A DNA stretch of 64,000 nucleotides from Antedon mediterranea (taxonomy: Eukaryota > Animalia > Echinodermata): contig NC_092672.1 of NCBI RefSeq assembly GCF_964355755.1, positions 23,573,237 through 23,637,236 of the forward strand. The letters run 5' to 3'. Shown here in pieces: positions 37,927-51,132 of the stretch. A program made the position numbers and the translations under genes. Within the stretch, counting starts at the first letter, position 1, and each line of letters starts with the position of its first letter. Below the pieces are notes generated by a model. That model was not told the DNA's origin, made no database searches, and saw nothing but the letters and a program-made list of their open reading frames with translations.

Positions 37927-38221
37927 CGTCTAGTTGGCAACACAATTTAAGCCTGACATACTTGTGTCTACTATTATAATATATTTACATTTTTTAATAG
38001 CAGCAGCCTTTATGGTTTGTATTTCTTTCAAATTTTATAGCAACTTCTGTAGTTTGGTTCCCTCCCTATATATATTTCCAAGTTGTGAAGTCTACCATAA
38101 AAAATATGAATACCTCTTTCAAATAAACACCTCTCTCGCAAACACACCCTTTTACAAACCATCTCAAACAATAAACACCTTGGGGCTTTTAAAAATTGTT
38201 TGATTTGCTAAAGCATTGAAT

Positions 38222-38255
38222 CAGGGAGTTGTTACTAATAACAATTAACTCCCTG
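38222..38255. mobile_element. 34-bp P-type micro-element or excision footprint
   Basis: ATTGAAT|CAGGGAGTT...AACTCCCTG|ATTGAAT. Confidence 0.7.
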
Positions 38256-39356
38256 ATTGAATCATCTATGTCTTATGAAACCTGCTGCATGTTCCTTTTT
38301 ACCTTTTTTAAACTGTACAATAAAGCTATAGGTGCATCTTTTAGGATACCCAATAAATTGAATAGTGAGAAAAAATAAATAAAGACCATTTATTTCTTTT
38401 TAGAATAAATCAGCATCCTCAATATTTCTCACATTCAAAATACTTTTAACTATTAATGATTCCAAATTCTTCAACAGGCCTACTGTTTTGATTTTTACAA
38501 TCTTAAATTGAACGTTTCCAACTGTAAAGTTCTGGCAATTAACAGAACTTTCAACATTTTTTAAATCAAATGTCCTACAGTAAATGTTGTGAGGAAAAAA
38601 CAGTTTCTATTTGTTCAGCTAAAATTTTAAACCCAGTGTGAGTTTGAAAACAAAGGCTTGTTTTGTGTACTTAATATAAACTGATGTAGGAAATATACAT
38701 ATTTTACAGTGGCTCAACCATGGAGTTAAATTTGTTCCATAATTTATAGTATTTCTTGAGTTTATTAAATCATCAAGTAATTTGATAAACATTGAACAAT
38801 AACAATTTATTAAAAAGTTGGATTATATTATGATAGAGTGGAATAATTCTAGATTATTGGGGATAAAATATATTTGATACTATTAAGCCATTTCCATATA
38901 CAGATAGCCTTATTCAGTTTAATTAAAACTGTATATTTTTATTTTAATATGCAGTTTTTTTTTGTTCACATGTATAATTTTAGAATAAATTTGTAGGTTT
39001 ACAATCTAATTTTGAAGTGTGTATCCATATCTTTTATGTATTTTTGTGTAATATTTTCAAACTTTAGCTATCCTTCTACTTATGTATTGGTATACCCAAA
39101 AATAAGTAGTTAAATCAAGTGTGTGATACACTACACGAAACAGTAGCTGTTATATTGGTTCGATGGGGTTTGCTAAGTTATTTGGAGGTTTATGGGGTTT
39201 AGAAATTATTTTAAACCAAAAAATGATGTTTACCCCAAAAGTAAGTAAATAAGCAATGATCATACAGTTATCATTTTCAACTAGATTTTGATAAATTTGT
39301 CTTTTAATACAGTAATACATCTACCTTTGTATAACCTCTGTACTTAACATTTTCAG

Positions 39357-39455
39357 TATGGAATATCACCTTTGCATTATGCTAGTAGAAACGGACACAT
39401 GGAAATCTGCCATTTTCTAATTGAAGCAGGATCCAATATCCATCTTGTTGATCAA
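39357..39455 (+). CDS. Ankyrin-repeat exon (YGISPLHYASRNGHMEICHFLIEAGSNIHLVDQ)
   Basis: 99 bp, TTTCAG|...|GTAAGT, phase 0-0, SPLH motif. Confidence 0.93.
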
Positions 39456-40286
39456 GTAAGTCATAAAAATTATATATATATATCATACCAAATACCAATT
39501 TTTTTAAAGATGTTTAATTTTTTTTAATAACAATAGGTATCCCAATGAAGCGGATTTTTGTTAATGTGATTTGAACACATTCGTGAAAATAAAAAAAAAA
39601 AGAAAAAGTGACGAGTCTTTGAAGTTAAAAATATACTATTTCTATGTACCCATGTGAATAAAAATTATATGTCTGGAAAGATCTTGTTTCAGGGATTACT
39701 TTTATATCTTTTTAATCTATGTTTATTAAATATTTTAATAGAAAACGCGAGTTAAAAATGAGGTACAAAAGCCGGCGCGAGCCGAAATCCGCGCTCTAAA
39801 AATAACTTTGGAAAACACATACCCATTTTCAAAACATGATCGCTCGGCGGCCATAATAAGTGGTGGAGTAATTTTTGTTGCATGTTATCAGGCTTTAAAT
39901 ACTCTTTATTTTAATGTGTAAATCGGTTATTATTATTATGCACATCCGCCTCAAATGTCAATTTTTCCAATAAAAATTTAATTTTTGAGTCTTTCTCATT
40001 ATCAAAATCTGGCGAATTTAGTATTGAATTGAAGCTAATTTATATTTCTTTCATGGCTGTCGATCGAAGAGGCCAACAAGACCAACCACTGAAAAAAATA
40101 ATCCCTATCGAAAATAAAAGTGTTTACCATTTTCCTTACGGGTAGATTCAGTTCTCCGCTTTTTACTAAATTACCGTCGCCCAGGCAATGTGCATGGTAT
40201 GCATGTATTAGCGCGTTAAATATTATTGGATACCCCCGCAGTGGACTGTTCCATTTTCGGAATTAGTCTTCCCCGCACACAAGTCA

Positions 40287-41360
40287 CAGGCCCGTAGCCA
40301 GGGGGGGTTTTTATGGTTCGGGCGAACCCCCCCTTTACAGCGAACCCCCCATAACCAACTGCGAACCCCCATCCCTGACATGCCCAATACCTCACCCTCA
40401 TCTCCAAAAATCCTCCAAATACGTGCCCCACAGTACAAAAAGTTGTTTGTAAATTGAAAAATTCGTAAACTTGTTCGTGAACCTTCTTCTCTGTATGAGC
40501 GTCAACTAGTGATACGTGTCTGTAAATTTCTAAAAGCTGCAAATGAATTGCCGATTTTAACCTAAAAAATAAATGTTTGGTCCCTGCATGTAACATGATA
40601 TTGACGCGTCTCATAGCGAGCTGGCGCACGAACGATTCGTACAAAGGACACCGCCAGACAAACTGCGTACCTCCTATAATTGTTTAGATCACTGGCAGTC
40701 AGGCAGCATGCATAAAGTATATAGCCTTCCGACGTACATCAGTATTTATGTGTGACTATGAAGTATAATGTATCATAGAGGATTATAGTGAATATTAATA
40801 TTTTACACTATAATATCTATTCTATGGTATCAAGTACAGTACTGTAGTTCACATTATGGCATCCGATTATTTTTTTCTAGACCACCAGCCGATACGTACT
40901 AAAATGTATCAATATCACCTATTTACATATTTATATTCCTCAACAAATTTCTGTAAATAAATATTATAGATAGAGCTAGCAAATAGCATTTGTATTCGCC
41001 CAGTTTGCTTTTTTCGGGGCTGCTCCTAGATATACGTTCGCATTGAACTTGAACGCAAAACAAAATACGGAGTAAATGATCAAACAATCGGCGGTTCCGC
41101 ACAGAGCACGCGCATCTAACATACGGCAACAAATAGTTATCGTCATTTAAATTATCGACGTGTTTGAGGAGGAGGAAAAAAGTACGATCTTTTTGCTCAT
41201 TGGTTATAATAGCATGCTCGCACGAGAGTGTCTTTTCCGGCCATCTAGGGGTGTCATTTAACAAAATTCGCTTCGCATCAGGCTGGGGGAGGGGGGGGGG
41301 GGGTTGACCCAAATATTTAGTGTCCGAACCCCCCCTTGACAGATCCTGGCTACGGCCCTG
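40287..41360 (-). mobile_element. hAT5-like non-autonomous element, copy 2 (1074 bp, without the nested insertion)
   Basis: AGTCA|CAGGCCCGTAGCCAGG ... CCTGGCTACGGCCCTG|AGTCA; 5-bp TSD. Confidence 0.92.
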
Positions 41361-43379
41361 AGTCATGGCGAAAAATGTTGCATCTCATAGAATATTTTGC
41401 TATAAATATATAGAAATCAAGTACGTTAGGAATAAATGTACCGAAAGAATTTAAGAAGCTTTAAATTTGCTATGCAGCGGCTGTAACCCATTCTATGTTG
41501 GCGGCCAAAACGCGCTTTGGTCATGGTTGCTGTTGTATGTATAAGCTGTATCTTGGCCTAAACTTGATTCCGTATTTCAATTTAAAGTGCAGAGTGGGAA
41601 TCTAAAAAAGTTTCAAATATTTAGAATTTCAAAATAATTTCGACTACTGTATGCTACATCTGGTATAACTTCACTCCTCAAAATAAACTGTAACCCTTAA
41701 AATTGTACATTTTATTCTTATCACCCACTAACAATCAACCACTAATGAAACAATTTCATTACCAATGTAACAAACATCCTTAACCACTAACGTAATAACA
41801 GTAGAAAATGTTGGGTTATTTTGGAAATATTCTGGATTTTTTTGTGGAGAAAACATTTTTGAATTTGTTGAACTTCAGTTTTAATGTGTGTTTGTCAATT
41901 CTCTATGTTTTTCTTCTCTTGAGACAAATATGGTACTACATTTTTCACATGTACGCTCATGAACTTTTGTTTTTCCCACTAAATAAAGTTGAATTGTCAA
42001 GTTTGTTGAATTTAGCCTGGTTAGTGTCTGTCCGTTCATTCGTTAATTTAATATTTTTACAACTGTAGGACATACAGTATAGGGTCTTTACTTTTTATAG
42101 GGTCTATTGAACCTAGTTTGACTGTCTGTCCATCCTTCAGTTCTCATTTTTAACCTTTGGACTTAGGGTATTTAATACAGTATAAAAATCCTGCCTTCGG
42201 CTTTTTGCGAGTCGGCGATGTGGAAATGACAATTTACAACGAGAGTATCTTCCCCATCCCCTAATAGAACAAAGCAAAAACTAAATTCTCCTATCTAATT
42301 ATAATTTGAGTAGAATATAAAAAAATGATGAAATATAATGAAACACCTAACTTTTTCTTCAAATATGTTTGATACAGAGATGCTGTACTGACAGTTGTAA
42401 GTTGCTAACTTTTTTTGTGCAATTGTTGTGTATTAAAATTGATTTGGAGAAAAAATAAATCACAAAACATTTTAATCTTTTGTAATTTATTGTAAAGAAC
42501 ATATTGTTTTTATTTCATGTTCATAAATAGTAGTATACACTTACATATAAATAGAATTCAGTACCGTAATACTTAAAAACATAGGCCTACAATGTTTCAT
42601 GCAGTTAAGGTAAGGGGAATCATTGGACAGTATTAAACAGTTAACATTTAAAAAAAAAATTAAATTTATTGTATTTCGGTTCTCAAACAACAAGTGTTGT
42701 TCAGTGACTTTATAGAGATCATTACTGCTAGCTGCCAAGATATGTTTTTCTTGGTTCTGTGAAATTTTGTTTAGTACATGCTGTTGTATCTCTACACATT
42801 TCCAAACTCCTTTATTGCTTTATTAATCCTTCTAGCTTCATTTTCATTTTGTTTGTCATTTCTGTCATGGTCTGTTTAATGAATAGGAAAAAATATACCA
42901 TCTAGTGACATGATTTATATATTTATACTTTTATTGTACATGAATGTTATTAAAGTGAAATGAGGTTGGTTATATTTTTTTAACATATGTACAAAATTGA
43001 ACTATGGTGAAATGCATGCAGTACATGAATGTTATTATAAAAAATGTTACACCTTTGTACCAGTAACTTCCATAATGAATGAAGGAATGTTGAATACCTT
43101 GATTTGGGTGAGGGTGGGGCTACTGATATTTTTTACCTACCGTTAATAGTTTACTTAATAGGGAGGTTTCGCAACGCTACGAATACGATAACAAAAACGG
43201 ATACGAAAAACGGATACGTCATACATTTATGGAACTTTTGAGCTGATCCCCATTTCATATTCGTAAAGCGTATTTGTGTTGACGAATATCACATATCATA
43301 TTCGTAACTACAAAACGAGTATAGTTTTTTATTATTTTCCACATTTTGCATTTTAATCAGAAATGATTCATGACTATAA

Positions 43380-46300
43380 TAGCCTGGGTGCAGTACAAAT
43401 TTTGCGGGAAAAAAGTATAGGAAAATTGTTTTCTTTTTTTTCTAATAGAGTATACCATATAGAATGTCAGAAAAAAAATCCCCATCCCAGGGTCTTGGGG
43501 AAATTTTTTTACGGCACTTTCAAATTTTGGCCTATATAACACACACAAAATTATTAACAATTATAGGGTAAGGGGTTACATTTTTCCTAATAACTTTGTA
43601 TTTAGTGATCACATTTGCATATTTTTGGTATTAATATGTACTGCGTAGTTTGCCTAATTGTTATATTCATTGTGAAAAAATAAAACGTAACATATATTGA
43701 CATCATTGTAGGTCAAATGGTCATTGAACATTTAAAGAAATGCAATTTCGTCCAAATTTAACATTAATAAAGTTTCAATATTTAACGCAAAAATACACCA
43801 AATCTAACTTTTTTTTTAAACCTATAAAGACAATGGACAATAAATTGAAGTTAAAGATTAAAAACAAATAAACATGTGTAATAATATTAGGAATTGTGAC
43901 CGTAATAGTAATTTGTAATTATTAAAAATTATGTGGTAAGGGGTAACATTTTTGGTAATAACTTTGAATTTAGTCAACATATTTTGCATTTCTAGGAACC
44001 AATAAGTAGTATATAAACTGTTTAATTGCTATATATTAAAAAATTATCAAAATGTTATTACCAATAGATTTATGTGGTTTTTAACTTATTTTTTTCTATA
44101 GGTTTAAAAACCTATAGAAAAAAATTCACCGTTTAGTATTGTTATGGGGTACGAAATAACAAAATGCATGACTTTTTGGAAGCTATACATTATTTGATTT
44201 ATTATTAATTAAAATAAATGAAATTTAAATATGAGGATAATAAATAAACATATCCAGCTTCTGTGTTGTAAATTGTTTTTTATAATTTACATTCTAAACA
44301 TTCAATTGTCTATAGTAATCATAGAAATTGTTTAGATTACCAATTATATCTTTTATTTGTAACTGATAAGATATTCTAAGGTTATAATTGTTCATCTGGT
44401 TTGCAAATGCAAATGAGATAGTTTTCTAAACAAAACTGTTATGGTATTGTAATATTACAGGACAATTACATTTTACTTCATCTTGATTTAAAGAAAACAG
44501 TTAGTTTATTCAAACTCATTAATATGTCAATTTTTAGATTTTCATATTAGCTGCATTTCCACATCTTCCACATACGTTTGAAAGAACTGGGTATCTCTAT
44601 GATTTCATATCGCAGTTTAAAGTATGTTCCATGTATCTTGGCATGGTCGAAGGTGGTTGTAAGTTTTCCCCATTTTGATCAAGGTTACCATTAATATCTA
44701 TTAACCAATGTTTTAACCAAGAACACTGGTGCAGCATGTTACGGTCTTCAGTCTCTTTGTATTTTCTGGACTCCTGGAAAGGACCCAAAATATTGTGTCG
44801 AGAGAGACATTGACATGGAAATTAACAATTATATTGGAGGATAACTCTGACACAACCACCTAAAGTTAGGTGAGAAGGTCCAGTCAATACAATTTACACA
44901 GGAAGAAAAAATCTTATCTGGTACATCTTCAGAAGAGACTGTCATGCATACTTTACATTTTCCTCATTGCTCACAGACGCCACTGAGCCAAATAGTGTTT
45001 CTATCCATTGTTGGATGCCCTTCACATCTCTAGAGAATACAGACTGAAGACTATAACGTGCTGTACCAGTGTACTTGGTTCTAGTATTTTCGTCAGCTTT
45101 TTCTTAACATTTTAAAAGATATTAACGGTAACGTTGATCAAAATCAGGAAACTTGCAAAGTATCACATTCCAAAATGTCAAGAAACATTGCACAAGATCA
45201 TACTTCAGTTTGCGATAACAAAATCATGTCTTTTAAAGATTTCTATATAAACCCAGTTGTTTTAAATGATGTAGGCTTTACTGGAATTTGACGATGTAAT
45301 ATAATAGAATTAATTTTTCGAGAAAGTGTGAATTGCTAAACTGCAGCTGATATGCAGATCTGAAACATTTACATATTGTTACGGAGTTCATTTTTGTAAA
45401 CCAAGATACAGGAAAATGTCAGATGAACATTTATAGAAAAAGAATATCTTTTAAATACAAATTTAATTGGTAGGCCCTAGTGTCATTTTTAAAATTACTA
45501 TATAAGTCGATTAATTGATTTAAAGTACAATCTGTAAAATAATAACAATTTATACAGTGTAACCTAAAAACAGTAGCCGGAGGATATGTATTTAAAAAAT
45601 AACCAAATACCCTATCTAAAGTAGTGGAGCTGTAGCTTGGTGGTTAACATGCTTGCCTTCCAATCCCAAGTTTCGGGGTTCAATCCTGACCTAGTGCCAG
45701 GCTTGTAACTCACGACTCTTTCAACTCCACTCCTTAGTCTTAAGTGAGACTTAGTTTATAATCACGATAAATTATAAAATAGTTTATTGACCCTGTAATT
45801 TCACGATGAAATATATGTTTTTATAAAGCTCCTATCCTCATATTAAAACAAAATCATTAATTTTTTTTTCAATAATTTATACCCTCCAACAAGTCATGCA
45901 TAATGTGTGCATTGTGTACCCCACAACAACACTAAATACTAAAATTTTGTCTACAGGCTTTAAATAAAACTACACAACCACTATTATTTGAGATCAAAAT
46001 AATGCATAATTTTTTGATATAACAATTTTTAATTAAACAGTTTATACAGTACCCTACTTATTGTTACCAAGAAATGCAAAATATGTTCAATAAATTCAAA
46101 GTTATTAGCGAAAATGTTACCCCTTACCCCATAATTTTTAAGGATTACAAATTACTAATACGGTCAAAATTCTTCATATTGTTAGGGCCTATACATGTTT
46201 ATTTGTGTTTAATCTTTAACTTTAATTTGTATTTGTACATTGTCTTTATAGGTTTAAAAAAAAAACACCAGTTTGTAATAGATTTGTTTGTATTTTTGTG

Positions 46301-47800
46301 TTTAAAATTGAAACTTTATTAATGTTAAATTTGGACGAAATTGTATTTTTTGTTAATGTTCAATGATCCTTTGACCTACAATGATGTCAATATGTTACGT
46401 TTTATTTTTTCAACATGAATATAACAATTAGGAAACATACACAGTACATTATCAATACAAAAAAATGCAAATTTGATCACTAAATACAAAGTTATTAGAA
46501 AAAATGTAACCCCTTACCCTATAATTGTTAATAACAAATTATTAGTAACGGACAAAATTTCTTCATAAATTCATAGAATATTTGTTTGTTTAATTTCAAT
46601 TTTCTTATTCATTGTGTCTATATGTTTAGGAAAACATCAACATAAGATCTTTTGTAAGTTTGTGTTTAAAATTGAAATGTATAAGTTAATTTAGAAGAAA
46701 TTGCATTTTTGATTGAAGGTCATTGACCTTTTGACCTCTAAAGACGTCAATAGATGCTGGATTCATTTTTAAAAAGTATATTACAATAATGAAATCCATA
46801 CACTACATAATGATAACATGAAAATGTAAATCTGTTCACTAAATCTTAAGTTATTTGCAAAAACGTTACCCCCTACCCCATAATTGTCACAAATTACTAA
46901 TGACGAACAAGTTTCTTTATAATGCACAGCATATTCAATTTAGAAAAAATGTTAAATTCAATTTTCTTATTTATTGTGTCTATAGGTTTAAGAAAACATT
47001 AGTTTGCATAAGATTTCCTGTATTTTTGTGTTTAAAATTGAAATTTATAAGCTAATTTAGAAGAAATTGCATTTTTTATTAAAGGTCAATGACCTTTTGA
47101 CCTCTAAAGATGTCAACAAATGCGGGATTCATTTTTAAAAAGTATATTACAATTAGGCAATCTATACACTACATATTGATAGCAAGAAAATACAAATCTG
47201 TTAACTAAATTGTAAGTTATTTGCAAAAATTTTACCCCCTACCCCATAATTGTAAACGATTACAAATTACTAAAAACAACAAATTTCTTCATAATACACA
47301 GCATATTCATATTTTGTTAATCTTTAACTTCAATTTTCTTGTTTATTGGGTCTATATGTTCATGAAAACATCAGTTTGCATAACATCTATTGTATTTTTT
47401 TTGTTAAAAACTGAAAGTTATACGTTAATATTAGACAAAAAATCATTTTTTATTAAAGTTCAATGACCTTCTGACTTCTAATGGCGTCAATAATTGTTGG
47501 ATTTACTTAGAAAAATACATTACACTTAAACTGTCTATACACTACATATTGATACAAAGAAAATGCAAATCTGTTCATTAAATCCCGAGTTATTAGCAAA
47601 AGTGTTACCCCCAACCCCAAAATTTTGTGGTGCATATTTTCCGTAGGCGGTGTTATATAATCCTCAAAAATGACTATTAAGCTGTACAATTGGCATTGCT
47701 ATCATGGATTTCTGAAAAGTAGACATATTAAGCGTTCCAAAAATGTATGGTAGCATTTGCCACCAATTTGATACCGAAAAAATGTCTGGCCCATGGACTA
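43380..47800. mobile_element. Element with TAG..CTA termini and long inverted arms of ~365-bp tandem subrepeats (Academ/foldback-like)
   Basis: 43545-44160 is the reverse complement of ~45910-46540; the GT(T/A)ACCCC motif recurs at ~46116, 46506, 46866, 47232, 47604; degenerate TIR TAGCCTGGG..CAG / CTGGCCCATGGACTA. Confidence 0.6.
45626..45695 (+). repeat. tRNA-derived SINE head
   Basis: GGAGCTGTAGCTTGGTGGTTAACATGCTTGCCTTCCAATCC..GGGGTTCAATCC (A and B boxes). Confidence 0.55.
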
Positions 47801-48409
47801 CATAACATTTTATAGCATGCAAATACAGGTTCCTGGCAAAGAAGCATAAAAGTGGGACGTAGTTGTGCACACATGAGGGAGGTTTCGCGACACGGATACG
47901 TCACACCAACTTATTCGTTTTTGTAAGCCAGTACAAATCTGTTTCGCATGGCAACGAAATATTGAGGGCGCCATCCAAAATATGACTGCTGTAAATTTGA
48001 ATGAAGCGCAGGTACATGTTGCAATGGAGGTTGCCTATAGGCCTAGTGTAGCGAGAGAGGACTTTAAAAACTGCTATTTATCAAAATTGACTTGGCATTT
48101 TTACTAAATTACTTTCAATAAATTATCTATAATTATATTATCATGAATCATTTTTTATTCAATGCAAAGTGTGCAAAATAGATAAAAAACTATGACTCAG
48201 CTCAAAAGTTTAATAAATGTATGACCTATCCGTTTCCATTATCGTATTCGTAAGGTTGCGAAACCTCCATATTATTTGGTGCCATCATATATCAACATCT
48301 TTATAGGCTATGTAGAATCTGTAGCAAAATTAGCATCGATATGACTTGCGGTTTTAATCAAATACTATAAAATGAAAATAGAGAATATTTAATCTTCTTT
48401 TTTTCCTAC

Positions 48410-48620
48410 ACCCCTCTTACTTGTCTTCGTTCGGCTGATCAAAACCTACTACTTGTTCCTAGAATTAACACCAAATCTTATGGACAAAGGTCTTTTATGT
48501 TCTCTTCTGCTTCTCTTTGGAATTCTCTCCCTGGTCATTTTACTAAATCAACTTCTATTGCTATTTTTAAAAAAGAACTTAAAACGCATCTTTTTAACAT
48601 CCAATATAAGCGCCTTTGAT
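48410..48620 (+). mobile_element. L2/CR1-clade LINE 3' fragment
   Basis: Translates as LLLVPRINTKSYGQRSFMFSSASLWNSLPGHFTKSTSIAIFKKNLK, a typical L2/CR1 ORF2 C-terminus. Confidence 0.8.
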
Positions 48621-49839
48621 TTTTTTCTTCGGTTTAGTTGATTCTGGCGCTATACAAATACCTAAATTATTATTATTATTAATGAATCATAGAATCAAGT
48701 GTAAAATTGTATTCAGAGATTTATGGAAAATTATGGTTTTAATTAATGTTTACCCAATTTGTAATAATAACGCTAAACAAAATAGGGTGGAGTTTGAACA
48801 ACTTTTTAGTGTACAAATAAGTCATTTATCAACTGTTATATCTAATTGATACTAGATAGATTGTACCACGTCACAATGTTAGCAAACTTCCTGCTTTGTA
48901 GCCATACTTGAATTAAATGCCACTATCATTCCAAAATAGGGATAGGCTGCTGTGTAGTGTTCACACGTTCAGTTTTGAAATTCACTAGAATAAACCTTAG
49001 TTTCTGTCTATAATAGCATTATACTCCTAAAACAGCATATTAAAGTTTAAAATTAAAATGTAATTAAATTTGAGAATTTTAATTTTCAATCTATTTCATG
49101 TTTTCAAGAATCTCATGAGCATGATAAGTTGACAATATGAATTGCATTACATTAGATTCAAAAGAAATCGTCATTATCAAGTAAGGAGAAAAGAGGGACT
49201 TTCCTTCATTTTAAAATTAGTTGGTCATAACATATTTATATATACAGCCATGAAAAAGAGGAATTCCAATACCAAAAATATAAAAAGATGGGAATTATAA
49301 TTGAATGAATAGAGCACTCAAACAGACAGAGGAAACATTTTTGTGCTTGATTATGTATTTTGTTTACCTTCAATACCCACATTCTGGGTTTCTGTAGTAC
49401 ATTTATCTTTTCAGTTCATATTTTATGCATACAAAATTGAGAACCACCAATTCATCACCATTTCCACTTACATTAAAGCAATAATTTGTATAGTATATGT
49501 TTTTATGGTGAACTATTATAATTTTATTTAAAGCAATTTCAGATAAAGCTATGCATCGAAATCTTTTGAATTGCAATAAATAAACGCATGACCTTTTTGT
49601 ACGACATTTAAAAAAGGCATTATAGTGAACAAAAACTATGATGCCAAGTTGGTGCTCTTTTCAAGATTGTTGTATTTTCTTGAAAAATCAGTAGATCAGA
49701 AATATTTAAAAAACAATAATTAAAATGAAGTTGCAACAATTTGATTATCATTTATTAGTAGGAATGTACAAAAGCCCTAAACTCATACTTACAGTGAGAG
49801 CTCACACAGTAGACCCTATCATAGAGGCTTACACTATGT

Positions 49840-50300
49840 ATATCAAGGTCTACTCGCCCTAATTTGGCCAACATTTTCGGCAGTTAGAAATGTATTGGCC
49901 ACGAAATATTAATTACATTACTCAAAATTTGCGACACCTTAATTCTGTAGTATTTGTCCATAGTATTTCAAGAACGAATTCTGCTCATTATAATATTTTT
50001 AATTCATTTCCACGTCTGTTCATAACTTGCCTCCAAATGTTAAAGATAGTCTAGTTTTTTCCCTTTCTTCATTTATATATTCACTTAAGAAAAACTTGCC
50101 TCAAATACCTGTCTGAACTTAATGAAATGTGAAATGTTATTTTAAACTGTTTTTCTGTATTTAAGTTTATTTAATTTTTACACTTTAGGGGGGCAGATAG
50201 TCACTTGATAGTGTTTTGTTTCACTTTTTGACGATCCCGTCTACCCCCTAAAGTGCTCTGTACCTTGTGATTTTATTATTTATAAAAGACGAAATAAATT
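49840..50300 (+). mobile_element. Degraded LINE 3' end with a UTR stem-loop
   Basis: SRTNSAHYNIFNSFPRLF..LPPNVKDS remnant; inverted CACTTTAGGGGG / CCCCCTAAAGTG; AATAAA tail. Confidence 0.5.
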
Positions 50301-51033
50301 AAATGCATAGATTATAAATAATTACAATATTGTTCATCATGTGGATGGACGATTGTGTTTATAACCCTTTGATTAACCCCACACCTGATAGGATACATAC
50401 AGTACAAAACAATTACTGCCTAGACTCTGCTTCTACAGATCGTTTATTCAGACTATTCAGGCCACTGGTTCCTTCTAAGCATGCACAATACAATTGTGTC
50501 ATCATCTCCAATGAATCCTTTGCTTACAAGTAATCAAAGTGGTGGTGAAGCAGGTTGATTTGACAGGTTTCCATGTTATTTCATTGCCCCTTGTTTAGTC
50601 TCAGTAATATTTATTATAGTACGTTAACACAACTTCTGTAACACAAGGCAAACTAGTGCTGGTCTATTGATACTAACACTAAGGAATCTTCTGACAGACC
50701 TAGAGCTATAGTTTATATCCATTGTTAATCTAATTTGTTTTAATTCTGAATTGTTTGACTTGGCATAACCATCTGGTATGCAAATAACCATCTTGTATAC
50801 AAACACAATAATCAAAGGAAGTGTCCTCATTATCACATTACCTGTACAAATTGTTGTACTTTATTATTAGGAATTTAAAAGAGAAATAAATGTTACCTTT
50901 GATTTTTAAATTACAGTATAAAACAGTTTACTAAAAATAGAGTATGACTCTGAGAATAAGAACATGATGTTTGGTATGATAATTATCTATATTATATGAA
51001 ATATAATAACCTCTATGTGCTTAATATTTTCAG

Positions 51034-51132
51034 TTTTTAAGAACACCTTTGTCTTATGCTGCCCAAGCTGGTCACAGCAGCACATGTATGTGCCTGATCA
51101 ATGCAGGATCAGACATGAATATTGCAGACAGG
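51034..51132 (+). CDS. Ankyrin-repeat exon (FLRTPLSYAAQAGHSSTCMCLINAGSDMNIADR)
   Basis: 99 bp, TTTTCAG|...|GTAAGT, phase 0-0, TPL..AA..GH motif. Confidence 0.93.

Larger units (their letters stand above)
43160..48268. mobile_element. MITE with GGAGGTTTCGCAAC TIRs, split by a 4.4-kb insertion
   Basis: 43160-43373 is an imperfect reverse complement of 48141-48268 (GGAGGTTTCGCAAC..TACGAATACGATAA / TTATCGTATTCGTA..GTTGCGAAACCTCC). Confidence 0.75.

Noticed and set aside
40216-41366. 142-aa and 147-aa ORFs in the hAT5-like element
   Set aside because: No transposase motifs; the sister copy has indels and a stop in the corresponding sequence
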